Notes: generated by a model not told the origin, from the letters alone. Shown: positions 18,523 to 29,390, numbered from the stretch's first letter. The stretch is DNA of 64,000 nt from Candidatus Latescibacterota bacterium (GCA_965221775.1 CBDCSU010000004.1:960001-1024000); one strand, 5' to 3'. Translations and numbers: made by a program.

Positions 18523-19805
18523 GCCAACTGGTCCGCGTTCTCGGCGACCTTGCGGAAGGCGTCGGCGAACTGATCGATCACCCCGGTCCTGTTGTGCTTG
18601 AACCAGGGGATCGAGTAGCAGCGGGCGGGCAGGCCCTCGGTCACCGGCAGGCTCCCCCGGGGCTGGCGCAGGTCGCGGTCGGCAAAGGCGATGCGCGTCG
18701 GCTTGCCGTCGCCGTACACGTCGGCCTCGTTGAGCACGGGATGCAGGTGCAGCAGGATGTTGGCCCCCGGTGAGACGCTGAACCCGCCCCCCTCGATCTC
18801 GGAGCTCACCGCCTTGCAGAATGCGGCCACGGGAAGCCCCCCGAGTTCCTCGGGAACGTAGAGACCCCTGGCGGCGTACCAGCCGCCCATGGTGCTGCCG
18901 GAGCCGGCGGCCGGGCGGTGGGGGCGGATCCCCGGGGTGCCATCGAGGCGGTCCCAGAAGTGGTTCATCGCCTCCTGGATGATCTCGATGCGGTCGCGGT
19001 AGTGCCGGAGCTGGACGCGGCCCACGGCGGAGGACAGCTGGTGCATGCGGTACTTGCAGCCGCCGAGAGGCAGGCCGGCCAGCGGCTTCAGCTCCGGATG
19101 CTCCAGCCGCGAGGTGCGTTCGTAGTGGCCGAAGGCGGCGGCCCTCTCGTAGATCTCCTCGTCGCCGGTGACCAGGAACCCCCCTTCTCCGCAGGCCAGG
19201 GACTTGCCGGACATGATCGACATCGCTCCCACGTCGCCGATCGTCCCCAGGAGCCGCCCTTCGTAGAGCCCTCCCTGGGCGTGGGATACGTCCTCCACGA
19301 CCCGGAGGCCGTGCTTTCGGGCGATCTCCATGATCGGGTCCATGTCGGCGGGGTGCCCGCAGTAGTGGACCGGCAGGATCGCCTTGGTGCGCTCCGTGAT
19401 CCGGTGCTCGATGTCGTCGGGATCGAGTGTGAGGGTCTGCGGGTCCATGTCGGCGAAGACGACCGTCGCGCCGAGGGAGTAGACCTGCAGGCTCGACCCC
19501 CAGAAGGTCATGCTCTGGCTGATGACCTCGTCGCCCCGGCCCACGCCGGCGGCCCACAGGGCCGCGTGGATGGCAGAGGTCCCGGTGTTGTGACACAGGA
19601 CGTGCTCGGCGCCGAACCAGTCGGCCAGCTCCGCCTCGAAGAGGTGGGTCACGTCGGTCCCCGACATCGCCCCCCGGCGCAGGACCTCCAGGACCGCCGC
19701 TTCGTCCTCTTCGGTGACGATGGGCCACCTGAAGAGGTCTCCCACGTCGGCCGTCAGCGTCCTCGGGCCTCCGTGAACCGCCAGTTGCACCGCCGCCGTC
19801 GTCAT
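18519..19805 (-). CDS. DegT/DnrJ/EryC1/StrS PLP-dependent aminotransferase
   Basis: NTGTSAIH, GDEVI, PVHYCGHPADMD, VEDVSHAQG, SIMSGKSLACGEGG. Confidence 0.93.
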   Translation of the reverse strand: MTTAAVQLAVHGGPRTLTADVGDLFRWPIVTEEDEAAVLEVLRRGAMSGTDVTHLFEAELADWFGAEHVLCHNTGTSAIHAALWAAGVGRGDEVISQSMTFWGSSLQVYSLGATVVFADMDPQTLTLDPDDIEHRITERTKAILPVHYCGHPADMDPIMEIARKHGLRVVEDVSHAQGGLYEGRLLGTIGDVGAMSIMSGKSLACGEGGFLVTGDEEIYERAAAFGHYERTSRLEHPELKPLAGLPLGGCKYRMHQLSSAVGRVQLRHYRDRIEIIQEAMNHFWDRLDGTPGIRPHRPAAGSGSTMGGWYAARGLYVPEELGGLPVAAFCKAVSSEIEGGGFSVSPGANILLHLHPVLNEADVYGDGKPTRIAFADRDLRQPRGSLPVTEGLPARCYSIPWFKHNRTGVIDQFADAFRKVAENADQLA

Positions 19806-19859
19806 CTCAACTCTCCTGGTCGTCCAAGGTCACTCGGTTCTCGCGCGATGCAGGCCGCC

Positions 19860-20837
19860 TCATCCTCCACCCCCGCCCAGGCGGGCCAGTTGGGCCGCCG
19901 AGGGCATCTGGTCGTACTCCCAGACGCGCTGGATGACACCGTCCTCGACATAGGCCAGGCGGGGCCAGCCATGGCGCCAGGTGAGACGCATCCAGTCGGA
20001 GCTGGAGATGGAGGCGATCTTGAACCGCGGGCGTGTCTGGCGGATGAAGTCCTTCAGTGAGTCGTCCTCCGGGGGATACTCGTTCAGGGCCACGATCCTG
20101 GGCACCCCGGGGGTGTCGGCCCAGTGGTTGAGCTTGGGCACGGCGCTCTTGCACCGCCCGCACCGCGGGCTGAACAGCTCCACCAGGTAACGCCCCTCGC
20201 TCAGGTCGATCCCTTCGGCGCCCGTGAGCTCGATCCCGGTGAGCCGCACACCGGGCTTGAGGTCGGAGCTGGCCACCCGGTCGGACTCGGGGGCGAACTT
20301 GAGGAACACCACCGCCGCCACTACCGCCCCCGCCCCGAGGACCAGGGACGTGGAGCCTTTCCACGACGCGGCCGACCAGCGCTCCGTGCCCCAGCGCCAG
20401 GCCGCCAGCAGCAGGCCGAGCATGACCGAGTCCTCGATGAACGCCTCGCCCGGGGTGCGTTTGGTGAGAGTGCCGAAACAGCCGCAGTCGATGTTGGCCT
20501 GCTGGTACCAGGCCAGGCCGGTGACCGCCAGGAACAACACCATCAAGCCCGTGGCCGCGGGCAGGGTGAAGCGGGGGCGCCAGCCGATGAGGAGGGCCAC
20601 CCCGATCAGGACCTCGAGAGGAGCCAGGACCAGGGCGATCGTTCCGATCCGGGGCCATGCCTCCCTGCCGACGTCGACGAGCTCCAGATAGGAGACCGCC
20701 TCCCAGTAGAACACGACGGGGTCGAGGGACTTGGCGGCCCCGGCCACGACGAAGAGGAGGCCCATGAGGATGCGGGCCACCGCCGCCGCCGGCGGCATCA
20801 GCGGATGCGCGGCGCTGGAGGGTTGGCTCTGGGTCAT
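19860..20837 (-). CDS. MauE/DoxX membrane domain plus thioredoxin-like domain protein
   Basis: RILMGLLFVVAGAAK, DCGCFG, four to five TM segments, then FSPRCGRC. Confidence 0.85.
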   Translation of the reverse strand: MTQSQPSSAAHPLMPPAAAVARILMGLLFVVAGAAKSLDPVVFYWEAVSYLELVDVGREAWPRIGTIALVLAPLEVLIGVALLIGWRPRFTLPAATGLMVLFLAVTGLAWYQQANIDCGCFGTLTKRTPGEAFIEDSVMLGLLLAAWRWGTERWSAASWKGSTSLVLGAGAVVAAVVFLKFAPESDRVASSDLKPGVRLTGIELTGAEGIDLSEGRYLVELFSPRCGRCKSAVPKLNHWADTPGVPRIVALNEYPPEDDSLKDFIRQTRPRFKIASISSSDWMRLTWRHGWPRLAYVEDGVIQRVWEYDQMPSAAQLARLGGGGG

Positions 20838-23800
20838 TCGGGGTCTGGCCTTTCCACGGTCCGGCGGGCCGTCTCGGTCCGCACTCTGTCCACGACCTGG
20901 TCGAAGAGCCGCCGGGTCTGCCCCATCAGGCCGGTTACCTCCTCGGCCAGCACGCCGGCGCTGCCCGCGCCCATGGCCCGGGCCAGGATCCCGGCCGCCG
21001 CGGGGTCGGCCGGCAGGACGTGGCTGGAGTGCCCCTCGCCGAGGCGCAGGGCCTTCTGAAGCTGCCGCAGCCGCTCGTAGGCGGCCAGCAGGGCGCCGCC
21101 TTCCCGTCGCTCGAGGAGCCCGGCGGCGATCAGCCGCTCCAGCACGACGGGCGTGCTCGTGTCTCTCAGTTCGCGCCGGCGGGCGCCGTGATGGAGCAGC
21201 AGAATCTGGGCAATAAACTCCGCATCCACAATTCCGCCGGGACCCCGCTTGATGTCGATGACGGCCCGGCCCGGGACCGCCTTCGGCTGCATCCGGCGCC
21301 GCATGGCGACGATCTCGTCGACCATGCCCGGGGTCAGGGGAGTGCCGTACACGAAGGCGTCCACGGCCCGCAGGACGCGCCGCCCCAGATCCCGGTCCCC
21401 GGCGACCTGTCGGGCCCGGGAAAGGGCGAGACGCTCCCAGGTGGAGGCGCGGGCGCGCAGGTAGCTGCGGTAGGCGGACAGACTGATGACCACCGGCGCC
21501 CTTCGGCCTTCGGGCCGAAGGCGGGCGTCGACTTCGAAGAGTCCCTCGCCCAGGACCTGGATGACCTGCCGGACCACGGCGTCGAAGAACTCGGCGTTGC
21601 CGACTCCCCGCCCGGTCTTCCCCTCCCCTTCGTACAGGAAGAACAGGTCGAGATCCGAGGCGAAGTCCAGCTCCCGTCCACCCGCCTTGCCGCCGGCGAA
21701 GCAGGCAAACCGGGCGTCCCGGTCCAGACGGCGGCCGCTGCGGGGCCGGCCCCGGCGGCGGGCGACCGCCGTCAGGGCGTCGTCTACCACCGCCGAGACC
21801 ACCTCGTCGGCCAGATCGCTGATCCGCAGAAAGGTCTCCTCGCTCGGAGCGAGTCCCAGCAGGTCGTCCGTGCCGGTCCGCAGGAGGGCGTTGTTGCAGA
21901 ACCGCCGCAACCGCGAGGGATCGACACGGGTCTCCCGGTCGAGTCGCGGCATCCGGCCGCTCAGGTCGAGCCCGACCAGCTCGTCGAGCAGCCCCGGGTC
22001 GCGCTGCAGGAGTCCCGCCAGGAGCGCGCTCCGGCCGCAGATCGTGACCAGCATGGAGAGGAACCGCGGGTGGGCGAGGGCCATTCCGTAGAAGGCGCCC
22101 GGCGCCCCATAGGCGTCGATGACGCCGACGAAGCGGAGGAGGGCCCCGTCGGGGTCGGGTGTGGCCGCCAGCTGGGGCAGGAGCGGGACCAGCAGCTCCT
22201 TCAGGTTGTCGAGCCCCGAGGAGGTCAGCATGGGGCCTCCCAGCTGCCGCAGGAGCCGGTGGGCGGTCTCGGCCTGGCGGAACCCGGCGGCTTCCAGCGA
22301 CTGCCGGACGCCCTCCGAACCGGCCGGCGCCTCGAGAAGCCACCGGGGGTCCTCGGCGCCGGGGTCCGACGCCGGCCCCCGGGCGCTTCCGAAGACCGAC
22401 TCGTACACCCCCCGCACCGCCGACAGATGGGAGGAGACGGTCGCCGAGAGGCTCCGGCCGCCGAGCTGCAGCCGGTCCCGCAGCGCCTCGGCCTGCTCCG
22501 ACCCGTCCTCCGGAACCGCGTAGGTCGGCCGGCCGGAGTCGATCTGCAGCAGGTTCTCCAGGCGCCGGAGGAAGCGGTAGGCCTGGCCGAGAGCCCGGGC
22601 CTCCCTGACCGAGAGGGCCCCCGCCTGCCGCAGCCTCTCGATGGAGGGCAAGGTGCCGGCGGCCCGGGTGCGCTCGGTCCGCCGGCCGTGGAGGAGCTGC
22701 AGGCACTGCACCGCGAACTCGATGTCGCGGATCCCACCGGGCTGCAGCTTGATGTTGTTCCCCCCTTCCGGCCGGCTCCGCGCCTCGGTCTCGATGCGCT
22801 CCTTGATCCGCCGGATCTCCTCGCTGGGGGAGACCGTGAAGTGGGCAGGGTAGACGAAGGGAACCAGCATGTCGCGAAAGCGCCGCCAGAGCCCCGAGGA
22901 GCCGGCTGCGCGCCTCGCCTTGATCAGCATCTGCCGCTCCCACAGCTCGCCGCGGCTCTCGTAGTAGATCCAGTAGCTGCGCAGGGAGCGGGTCAGCGGC
23001 CCGCGCTCCCCCTCGGGCCGCAGCCGCATGTCCACCCTGTAGAGGAAGCCCTCGGGCGTCACCTCGGTGAGCACCTGTATCAGCCCCTCGGCCAGGCGGT
23101 CGTAGAACAGGCCGTTGGCGATGCCCCGGGAGCCTTTCGAGTCCACCACCGAGCCGTCTTCGTCGTAGAGGAACAGCAGATCGATGTCGGAACTGAAGTT
23201 CAGCTCCAGACCGCCGTACTTCCCCAGGCAGACGACGCAGAAACGGGACGGGCGTCCGCGCTCCGTCGAAGGGCGGCCGTGGCTCCGGTGCAAGGACCGC
23301 GCCTGGTGATCGAGGACGGCCTCCACGGTGACGTCGGCGAGCTCCGAGAGTTCCCGCCCCACCTGGGAGACCTCCTTGCAGCCGAGGATCTCGGCCGTGC
23401 CGATGCGCAGCAGCTCGCGCCGATGGAATCGGCGCAGGGCGTCCGCCCAGCCGGACCCCTCGAGGCCCCGGAGGGCCAGCAGTTGTCGGGACCTCAACTC
23501 GGCCGCCGGCAGCGTGCAAGTCAGGTGGGGAGTCTCCTCGAACAGCCAGTGGAGGTGCTCGGGGCTGCGCACCAGGAGATCGGTGAGGAAGGAGCTGTGG
23601 GCGAGGATGCGGGCGAGCCCCTCGCGCAGAGGGGTGGACGCCTCCAGGCGTCGGTAGAGCTCGGCGCGGGGACCGGAGGCCTCCACGAAGCGCTCCATGT
23701 GATGCAGGGCCCGGTCGGGCCACCCGGAGGCCAGGATGGCCGCCAGCACTCCGGCTGGCATCGGCGCCGCCGCCGGACCGCAGAGCCGCTCGAGGGACCG

Positions 23801-23905
23801 GGCCGCCGACTCCGGGTGCTGGAATCCCGACTTGCCGAGCCGCGACACGACGGCCCCCGACTCGGATCGGAGGATGGCGCGCGCCAGGGCGAGGGGATCG
23901 CCCAC
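20834..23905 (-). CDS. glnE: Bifunctional glutamine synthetase adenylyltransferase/adenylyl-removing enzyme
   Basis: Two nucleotidyltransferase domains: LGKYGGLELNFSSDIDL..VDMRLRPEG and GGKAGGRELDFASDLDL..VDARLRPEG; PGGIRDIEF. Confidence 0.95.
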   Translation of the reverse strand: MGDPLALARAILRSESGAVVSRLGKSGFQHPESAARSLERLCGPAAAPMPAGVLAAILASGWPDRALHHMERFVEASGPRAELYRRLEASTPLREGLARILAHSSFLTDLLVRSPEHLHWLFEETPHLTCTLPAAELRSRQLLALRGLEGSGWADALRRFHRRELLRIGTAEILGCKEVSQVGRELSELADVTVEAVLDHQARSLHRSHGRPSTERGRPSRFCVVCLGKYGGLELNFSSDIDLLFLYDEDGSVVDSKGSRGIANGLFYDRLAEGLIQVLTEVTPEGFLYRVDMRLRPEGERGPLTRSLRSYWIYYESRGELWERQMLIKARRAAGSSGLWRRFRDMLVPFVYPAHFTVSPSEEIRRIKERIETEARSRPEGGNNIKLQPGGIRDIEFAVQCLQLLHGRRTERTRAAGTLPSIERLRQAGALSVREARALGQAYRFLRRLENLLQIDSGRPTYAVPEDGSEQAEALRDRLQLGGRSLSATVSSHLSAVRGVYESVFGSARGPASDPGAEDPRWLLEAPAGSEGVRQSLEAAGFRQAETAHRLLRQLGGPMLTSSGLDNLKELLVPLLPQLAATPDPDGALLRFVGVIDAYGAPGAFYGMALAHPRFLSMLVTICGRSALLAGLLQRDPGLLDELVGLDLSGRMPRLDRETRVDPSRLRRFCNNALLRTGTDDLLGLAPSEETFLRISDLADEVVSAVVDDALTAVARRRGRPRSGRRLDRDARFACFAGGKAGGRELDFASDLDLFFLYEGEGKTGRGVGNAEFFDAVVRQVIQVLGEGLFEVDARLRPEGRRAPVVISLSAYRSYLRARASTWERLALSRARQVAGDRDLGRRVLRAVDAFVYGTPLTPGMVDEIVAMRRRMQPKAVPGRAVIDIKRGPGGIVDAEFIAQILLLHHGARRRELRDTSTPVVLERLIAAGLLERREGGALLAAYERLRQLQKALRLGEGHSSHVLPADPAAAGILARAMGAGSAGVLAEEVTGLMGQTRRLFDQVVDRVRTETARRTVERPDPE

Positions 23906-23907
23906 GG

Positions 23908-24369
<462 letters not shown>

Positions 24370-24469
24370 TCAGGAAGGTCCCGGAACGTGGTTCCGGAAT
24401 CACCGCCGCCCGGGCGGGCGACCGAGATTGTCTTGCAGAAGGGGCCGCCGGGCGGGCGGCCCTCGAGCC

Positions 24470-25306
24470 TCAGCGCCGTCCGGACCCCTGCTCGAACTTC
24501 GGGCGGCGGCCGTAGCTGATCTCCTGCCGCCCGGGCGCCTCGCCGTTGCCCCGCACCGGGGCCGTCAACATCGGCGCCTCGCTGCGAGGGGCCGGGCCAC
24601 CGGACTCGGGCGCCCGGTTCGCGGGGGGCCGCTCCCGCGGGGGCCGCTGACCCTGGCCGGAGTCACCCCCCGAGCGCTCCCCCCTGCCCCGGCCGTCGCG
24701 TCCGCGCCGTCCACGCCGGCCTCCGCGGGACTCTCGTCCCCCGTCGACGACGGGGGGCGCCTCGATCTCGACGACCTCTCCGACGAACTCGGGGGCGATG
24801 GTCTGCCGCGTCAGCACGACCTCTCCGCGGTCCCAGAACTCCACCTCGGCCTCTCCCGCCGCGGCCTCGGCGAAGACCTCGACAACACAGGGGTCGGTCA
24901 CCGCTCCGGCGCGCGACTCGGCGATCTCGCGCGTGGGGGAAAGGTGCAGGTAGGAGCGGTCCTCCGAGCGGATACCTTCCTCCTTCATGCGCCGCACCTG
25001 GGACGCCGAGACGCACAGGAACAGGCTCTCGGGAGGATCCATCGGCTCCCCGTCCATCTCGACGTAGAAGGTGTGGCCGTAGAGGGCCCGGATGCGGTCG
25101 TCGACGATCTCGAAGCGCCGCTGGCGGGAGGTATCGATGAGGTCGCGGATGTCCTCCTCCTCGACGGCGGAGTAGCGCTGCTGCACGGCCTCCACCACCT
25201 CGTCGAGAGGCATGAATCCGTACTCGTCCATATTCAGCCCGAACTCGTCGGGATGATGGCGGAGGATGAGGGAGAGGAGCTTGGAAATGCGTCTTCGGTC
25301 AGGCAC
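24470..25306 (-). CDS. kptA: RNA 2'-phosphotransferase KptA/Tpt1 homolog with a long disordered tail
   Basis: ISKLLSLILRHHP, RRFEI, RIRALYGH, RSYLHLS. Confidence 0.85.
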   Translation of the reverse strand: MPDRRRISKLLSLILRHHPDEFGLNMDEYGFMPLDEVVEAVQQRYSAVEEEDIRDLIDTSRQRRFEIVDDRIRALYGHTFYVEMDGEPMDPPESLFLCVSASQVRRMKEEGIRSEDRSYLHLSPTREIAESRAGAVTDPCVVEVFAEAAAGEAEVEFWDRGEVVLTRQTIAPEFVGEVVEIEAPPVVDGGRESRGGRRGRRGRDGRGRGERSGGDSGQGQRPPRERPPANRAPESGGPAPRSEAPMLTAPVRGNGEAPGRQEISYGRRPKFEQGSGRR

Positions 25307-25396
25307 GGGGCATGCGTTCCTTTCGGTATACCTGCTCGGACCGGCCGCGCCGCCGGATCCGCAGGGCTCGGCGGAGGGTCTGGCGCGGCCCCGCCA

Positions 25397-25849
25397 CTAG
25401 GCGTTCCACTGCTCCCGGTAGCGGACCAGGGCGTCGGCGACCGCCCCGTCTTCGAGAGCGAGGATCTGCGCCGCCAGGAGGGCGGCGTTGCGGGCATTGT
25501 CGATTCCCACCGTGGCCACCGGGACGCCCGGCGGCATCTGCACGATGGCGTACAGGGCATCGACGCCGTTGAGCGCCCCCGAGGCGATGGGAACCCCGAC
25601 CACGGGCAGGGTCGTGTGCGCGGCCACCACCCCCGGGAGGGCCGCCGCCATTCCGGCGCCGGCGATGAGCACCCTGAGACCGCGCCCGGCCGCATCGCGC
25701 GCCCAGGCGGCGGTGCGCTCCGGGTTGCGGTGGGCGGAACTGACCACGGTCTCGGAGCCGATGCCGAGTTCCTCGAGCAGGGCACCGGCCTTGGCCATCA
25801 CCGGCTCATCGGAGCGGCTCCCCATGATGATACCGACGCGCACATCCAT
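25397..25849 (-). CDS. purE: N5-CAIR mutase
   Basis: IMGSRSD, SAHRNPE, IAGAGMAAALPG, VQMPPGVPVATV. Confidence 0.96.
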   Translation of the reverse strand: MDVRVGIIMGSRSDEPVMAKAGALLEELGIGSETVVSSAHRNPERTAAWARDAAGRGLRVLIAGAGMAAALPGVVAAHTTLPVVGVPIASGALNGVDALYAIVQMPPGVPVATVGIDNARNAALLAAQILALEDGAVADALVRYREQWNA

Positions 25850-25949
25850 CTTGCGATAGCCCCGGATTCTATAAGCTCACACAGGTCAAGGAGTTACGGA
25901 AACCGATAATAGCTCCCCCCAGGCCGGGGCGCAAACCTCCGGGGGATCC

Positions 25950-27047
25950 TCACGCCATGCGACGCCTCAGGACGGCCGGGTAGTCGAGGTCGCCCCACTC
26001 GGAAGGCCCCGCCCCCCCCTCCGCCTCGGGCTGAGGAGCCTGGCCGCGCTGCGGTGCCGAGGGCTCGGGATCGAAGTGCGTGGGCCGCTGGTTGAGGTGG
26101 AAACCGGTGGCGATGACGGTGACCCGCATCTCGTCCTCGATGGCCGGGTCGATCACGGTCCCGAAGATGATGTTGGCCTCGCTGCCGGCGGCCTCCTGGA
26201 TGATCTGCGCCGCTTCGTTGGCCTCGAAGAGGGTGAGGCTCGTCCCGGCGGTGATGTTGATCAGCGCTCCCCGGGCGCCGTTGATGGAGATCTCACCGAT
26301 GAGGGGGCTCCTGATCGCCTTCTTGGCCGCCTCCACGGCCCGGTTCTCCCCCTGATGGGCGCCGACGGCGATGATGGCGTCGCCGCCCTCGGTGATCACC
26401 GTCCTCACATCGTTGAAGTCGAGGTTGATCATTCCGGGGATGGTGATCAGATCGGCGATGCCCCGGGTCGCCTGCAACAGCACCTCGTCGGCCTGATTGA
26501 AGGCATCCTCCAGGGTCGTGTCCCGGGAGACGATCGACAGGAGGCGCTCGTTCTTGATCACGATCAGCGTGTCCACGTGCTCCTGCAGCTCCGAGATGCC
26601 CGCCTGGGCATTGCGCATCCGGGGAAGCCCCTCGAAGTGGAACGGCTCGGTCACTATTCCCACGGTGAGGGAACCCAACTCCTTGGCGATCTGGGCGGCT
26701 ATCGGCGCCGCCCCGGTCCCGGTGCCTCCTCCCATCCCCGCGGTGATGAACACCAGGTCCGTGTCCTGCAGCCTCTCGGCGACCCGGTCGCGGTCCTCCT
26801 CGATCGAGGCGCGTCCGATCTCGGGTTTGGCGCCGGCCCCCAGGCCTCGAGTGACGCTCTCGCCGATGCAGATGCCGACATCCGCCGACGACGCCTCGAG
26901 GTCCTGGCTGTCGGTGTTGACGGCGACGAACTCAACGCCGCGCATGCCCGAGGCCACCATCCGGTTGATGGCGTTGCCGCCGGCGCCTCCGACACCGACG
27001 ACCTTGATGTTTGCGCAGCGCTCGAAGTCGATGATCTCGAAAGTCAT
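25950..27047 (-). CDS. ftsZ: Cell division protein FtsZ
   Basis: IKVVGVGGAGGNA, GMGGGTGTGAAP, NLDFNDV, C-terminal DLDYPAVLRRR; GGAGAG RBS. Confidence 0.98.
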   Translation of the reverse strand: MTFEIIDFERCANIKVVGVGGAGGNAINRMVASGMRGVEFVAVNTDSQDLEASSADVGICIGESVTRGLGAGAKPEIGRASIEEDRDRVAERLQDTDLVFITAGMGGGTGTGAAPIAAQIAKELGSLTVGIVTEPFHFEGLPRMRNAQAGISELQEHVDTLIVIKNERLLSIVSRDTTLEDAFNQADEVLLQATRGIADLITIPGMINLDFNDVRTVITEGGDAIIAVGAHQGENRAVEAAKKAIRSPLIGEISINGARGALINITAGTSLTLFEANEAAQIIQEAAGSEANIIFGTVIDPAIEDEMRVTVIATGFHLNQRPTHFDPEPSAPQRGQAPQPEAEGGAGPSEWGDLDYPAVLRRRMA

Positions 27048-27127
27048 GTTGCCGCTCTCCTTCGGTTGTTGGTTTCTGCCCTCGTCATCTCTTTCCGGTG
27101 GAGGTCCGCCCTCGGCGGATCCTTCCC

Positions 27128-27985
27128 CTAACCCCTCTTTCTGCGAGGCCATCCCGGCTGCTTGTGCGAGCCGACGACGGCCTGGCCCGCAAATCTCAAA
27201 TCGACGTAGGAGGGGTTGGGGACCTCCCGGTAGACGCGCCTGAGGACCTCCCGCAGAACGGCCATCCGCTCCCCCACGCGGTCCGGGGGGATCCGGACCT
27301 CGAGCCCGTCGGCCACCAGCCGCACCCCCACGCTGAAACCGTCGAAGTCGGTGAGCTGGGAGATCTCCGCGGTCAGATCGGGAGCCTGGTCCGAGACTTC
27401 CCGCAGCCAGGCCAGCAGTCGCAGGGCGGTGCTGTCGGTGACGACCTTCCCCGCCCTCACCGTGTCCCCGGCGGCGACGAGGGAGCGTACCCGCAACACC
27501 GGCAGGTCGAGATCCTCGATGCTCTCCGCCGGCAGTCTCTCCGGCGGCAGGAGGACGCCCTCCGGATCGAGACCGTACTGGACGCCGCTCCAATCGACCC
27601 AGGCGGTCCGCCGGCGTTCCTCGAGATGGACGATCAGCCGGTCCGGGGGCTTGCGCACCACCCGCGCGCGCCGCACCCACACCAGGCGCCTGAGACGCTC
27701 CGCCATCCGGTCCGGATCGATGTCGAAGAGCTCCGCCCCGGCCTCGATGCCACTGGCGGCGAGGATCAGTTCCCCGTGCAGCAAGCGGAGGCCGCGCACC
27801 TCCAGGATGTCGACGCGGAAGGGAGACTCCATCGGCGTCGACTGCGCTCCCCGGAAGCCGAGGGTCAGGGCCGTCACCGCCGCCAGGCCCGCCACCAGCA
27901 CGGGCCGCCGCCACCTGTTCCCCGGACCCGCGGCGGGGGTGGCCATGGCCACCGTGGCCTGCCCGGCCTTCTTCCGCGGCGCCAT
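27128..27985 (-). CDS. ftsQ: Cell division protein FtsQ/DivIB
   Basis: TM segment, POTRA region (WVRRARVVRKPPDRLIVHLEER), C-terminal YVDLRF; dcw position. Confidence 0.88.
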   Translation of the reverse strand: MAPRKKAGQATVAMATPAAGPGNRWRRPVLVAGLAAVTALTLGFRGAQSTPMESPFRVDILEVRGLRLLHGELILAASGIEAGAELFDIDPDRMAERLRRLVWVRRARVVRKPPDRLIVHLEERRRTAWVDWSGVQYGLDPEGVLLPPERLPAESIEDLDLPVLRVRSLVAAGDTVRAGKVVTDSTALRLLAWLREVSDQAPDLTAEISQLTDFDGFSVGVRLVADGLEVRIPPDRVGERMAVLREVLRRVYREVPNPSYVDLRFAGQAVVGSHKQPGWPRRKRG

Positions 27986-27986
27986 C

Positions 27987-29390
27987 TCAGGCCGTCCCTT
28001 CCAGGAGGTTCCCGAGGCGGTCGCCGATGTCACCGGCCCCCATCACCAGGAGAAGGTCACCGGGGGCGCACTCCGCCAGGGAGTGGGACAGGGCGAGGTC
28101 CACCTCGGCCAAGAAGCGCGCCCGCCGGTGTCCCAGGCGCCGCAGATCGTCGACGATGACATCGCCGTCGTCGCCGAGGTCCGGGCTCTCCCGGGCCGCG
28201 TAGGCGGAGGTCACGCACACCCTGTAGGTGTTGAGCAGGGACTCGGCAAAAGCTCCGCGGAAGTGGCGCGTGCGGGAGTAGGTATGGGGCTGGAAGACGG
28301 CGCTCACCCTTCTCCCCGAGGCCGCTGCCGTGGCCACCGTGGCCGAGATCTCCGTGGGATGGTGGGCATAGTCGTCGACGATGGCGACCCCCTCCACCTC
28401 GCCCCGGGACTGGTAGCGCCGGTCCACCCCGGTGAAGCGGCTGAGCGCCGAGGAGACCGGCTCCCAGGCCAGACCCATCAGGTGGGTCGTGGCGATGGCC
28501 GCCAGGGCGTTGCAGACATTGTGCCTCCCCGGGACTCCCAGGTCGACCGGCCGCCGTTCCCCGGCCAGGTGGACGGCGAAGGCGGACCCCGTGCCGGTCG
28601 GCGCCGGGGCTTCGGCGCGCACCTCGCAGGAGGGGCCGAAGCCGTAGGTCACCGCGTCTGCCTGCGAGCGCGCCGCCGCCTCCCGGCAGAGCTCGTCGTC
28701 GCCGTTGACGGCGACGCCGCCGCCGCTCCGCCGCCGGGCGACGAAGATGCCGAAGGCCTCGACCAGGTCGTCGCGGTCGGCATAGCAGTCGACATGCTCC
28801 ATCTCGATGTTGGTGACCACCGAGATCCAGGGCTCGAGCTCGTGGAAAGCGCGGCGGTACTCGTCCGCCTCGACCACCAGCAGGTCTCCAGACGGGGCCG
28901 TCGGTTGTGGACGCCCCCCCATCCAGCCGCCGATGGCGACCCGGGGCTCCTGCCCCGCGCAGCGCAGGGCGCCGGCGATCAGGGAAGCCGTCGTCGTCTT
29001 GCCGTGGGTGCCGGCCACGGCCACGGTGTCGCAGGTGCGGCTCACGGCGCCCAAGGCGCGGGCCCTCGGCCACTGCTCGATCCCCAGACGCGCCGCGGCC
29101 CGGCGCTCGCAGTTGTCCTCGTCCACCGCCGAGGAGTGCACGAGGAGGTCGGCGCCCTCGACCTGCGACGCGTCGTGGCCGACGCAGACGGGAACCCCCG
29201 ACCGCCGCAGCTCCGTGACGGCGGGGCCAGCGGCCGCGTCGGAGCCGCTCACCCGGTAGCCGAGATCGACCAGGAGCCGCGCCAGGGCCTCCATGCCGGC
29301 GCCGCCGATGCCGACCATGTGCACTCGCTTCACCCCCCCTCCGAGAGGTCCTCCGGCATGGGCTCCGCGGTCCCGAAGGGGCGTGCTCAT
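27987..29390 (-). CDS. murC: UDP-N-acetylmuramate--L-alanine ligase (alternative GTG start at 29333)
   Basis: GIGGAGM, AGTHGKTTT, VEADE, DDYAHHPTE, FQPHTYSRT, MGAGD. Confidence 0.96.
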   Translation of the reverse strand: MSTPLRDRGAHAGGPLGGGVKRVHMVGIGGAGMEALARLLVDLGYRVSGSDAAAGPAVTELRRSGVPVCVGHDASQVEGADLLVHSSAVDEDNCERRAAARLGIEQWPRARALGAVSRTCDTVAVAGTHGKTTTASLIAGALRCAGQEPRVAIGGWMGGRPQPTAPSGDLLVVEADEYRRAFHELEPWISVVTNIEMEHVDCYADRDDLVEAFGIFVARRRSGGGVAVNGDDELCREAAARSQADAVTYGFGPSCEVRAEAPAPTGTGSAFAVHLAGERRPVDLGVPGRHNVCNALAAIATTHLMGLAWEPVSSALSRFTGVDRRYQSRGEVEGVAIVDDYAHHPTEISATVATAAASGRRVSAVFQPHTYSRTRHFRGAFAESLLNTYRVCVTSAYAARESPDLGDDGDVIVDDLRRLGHRRARFLAEVDLALSHSLAECAPGDLLLVMGAGDIGDRLGNLLEGTA

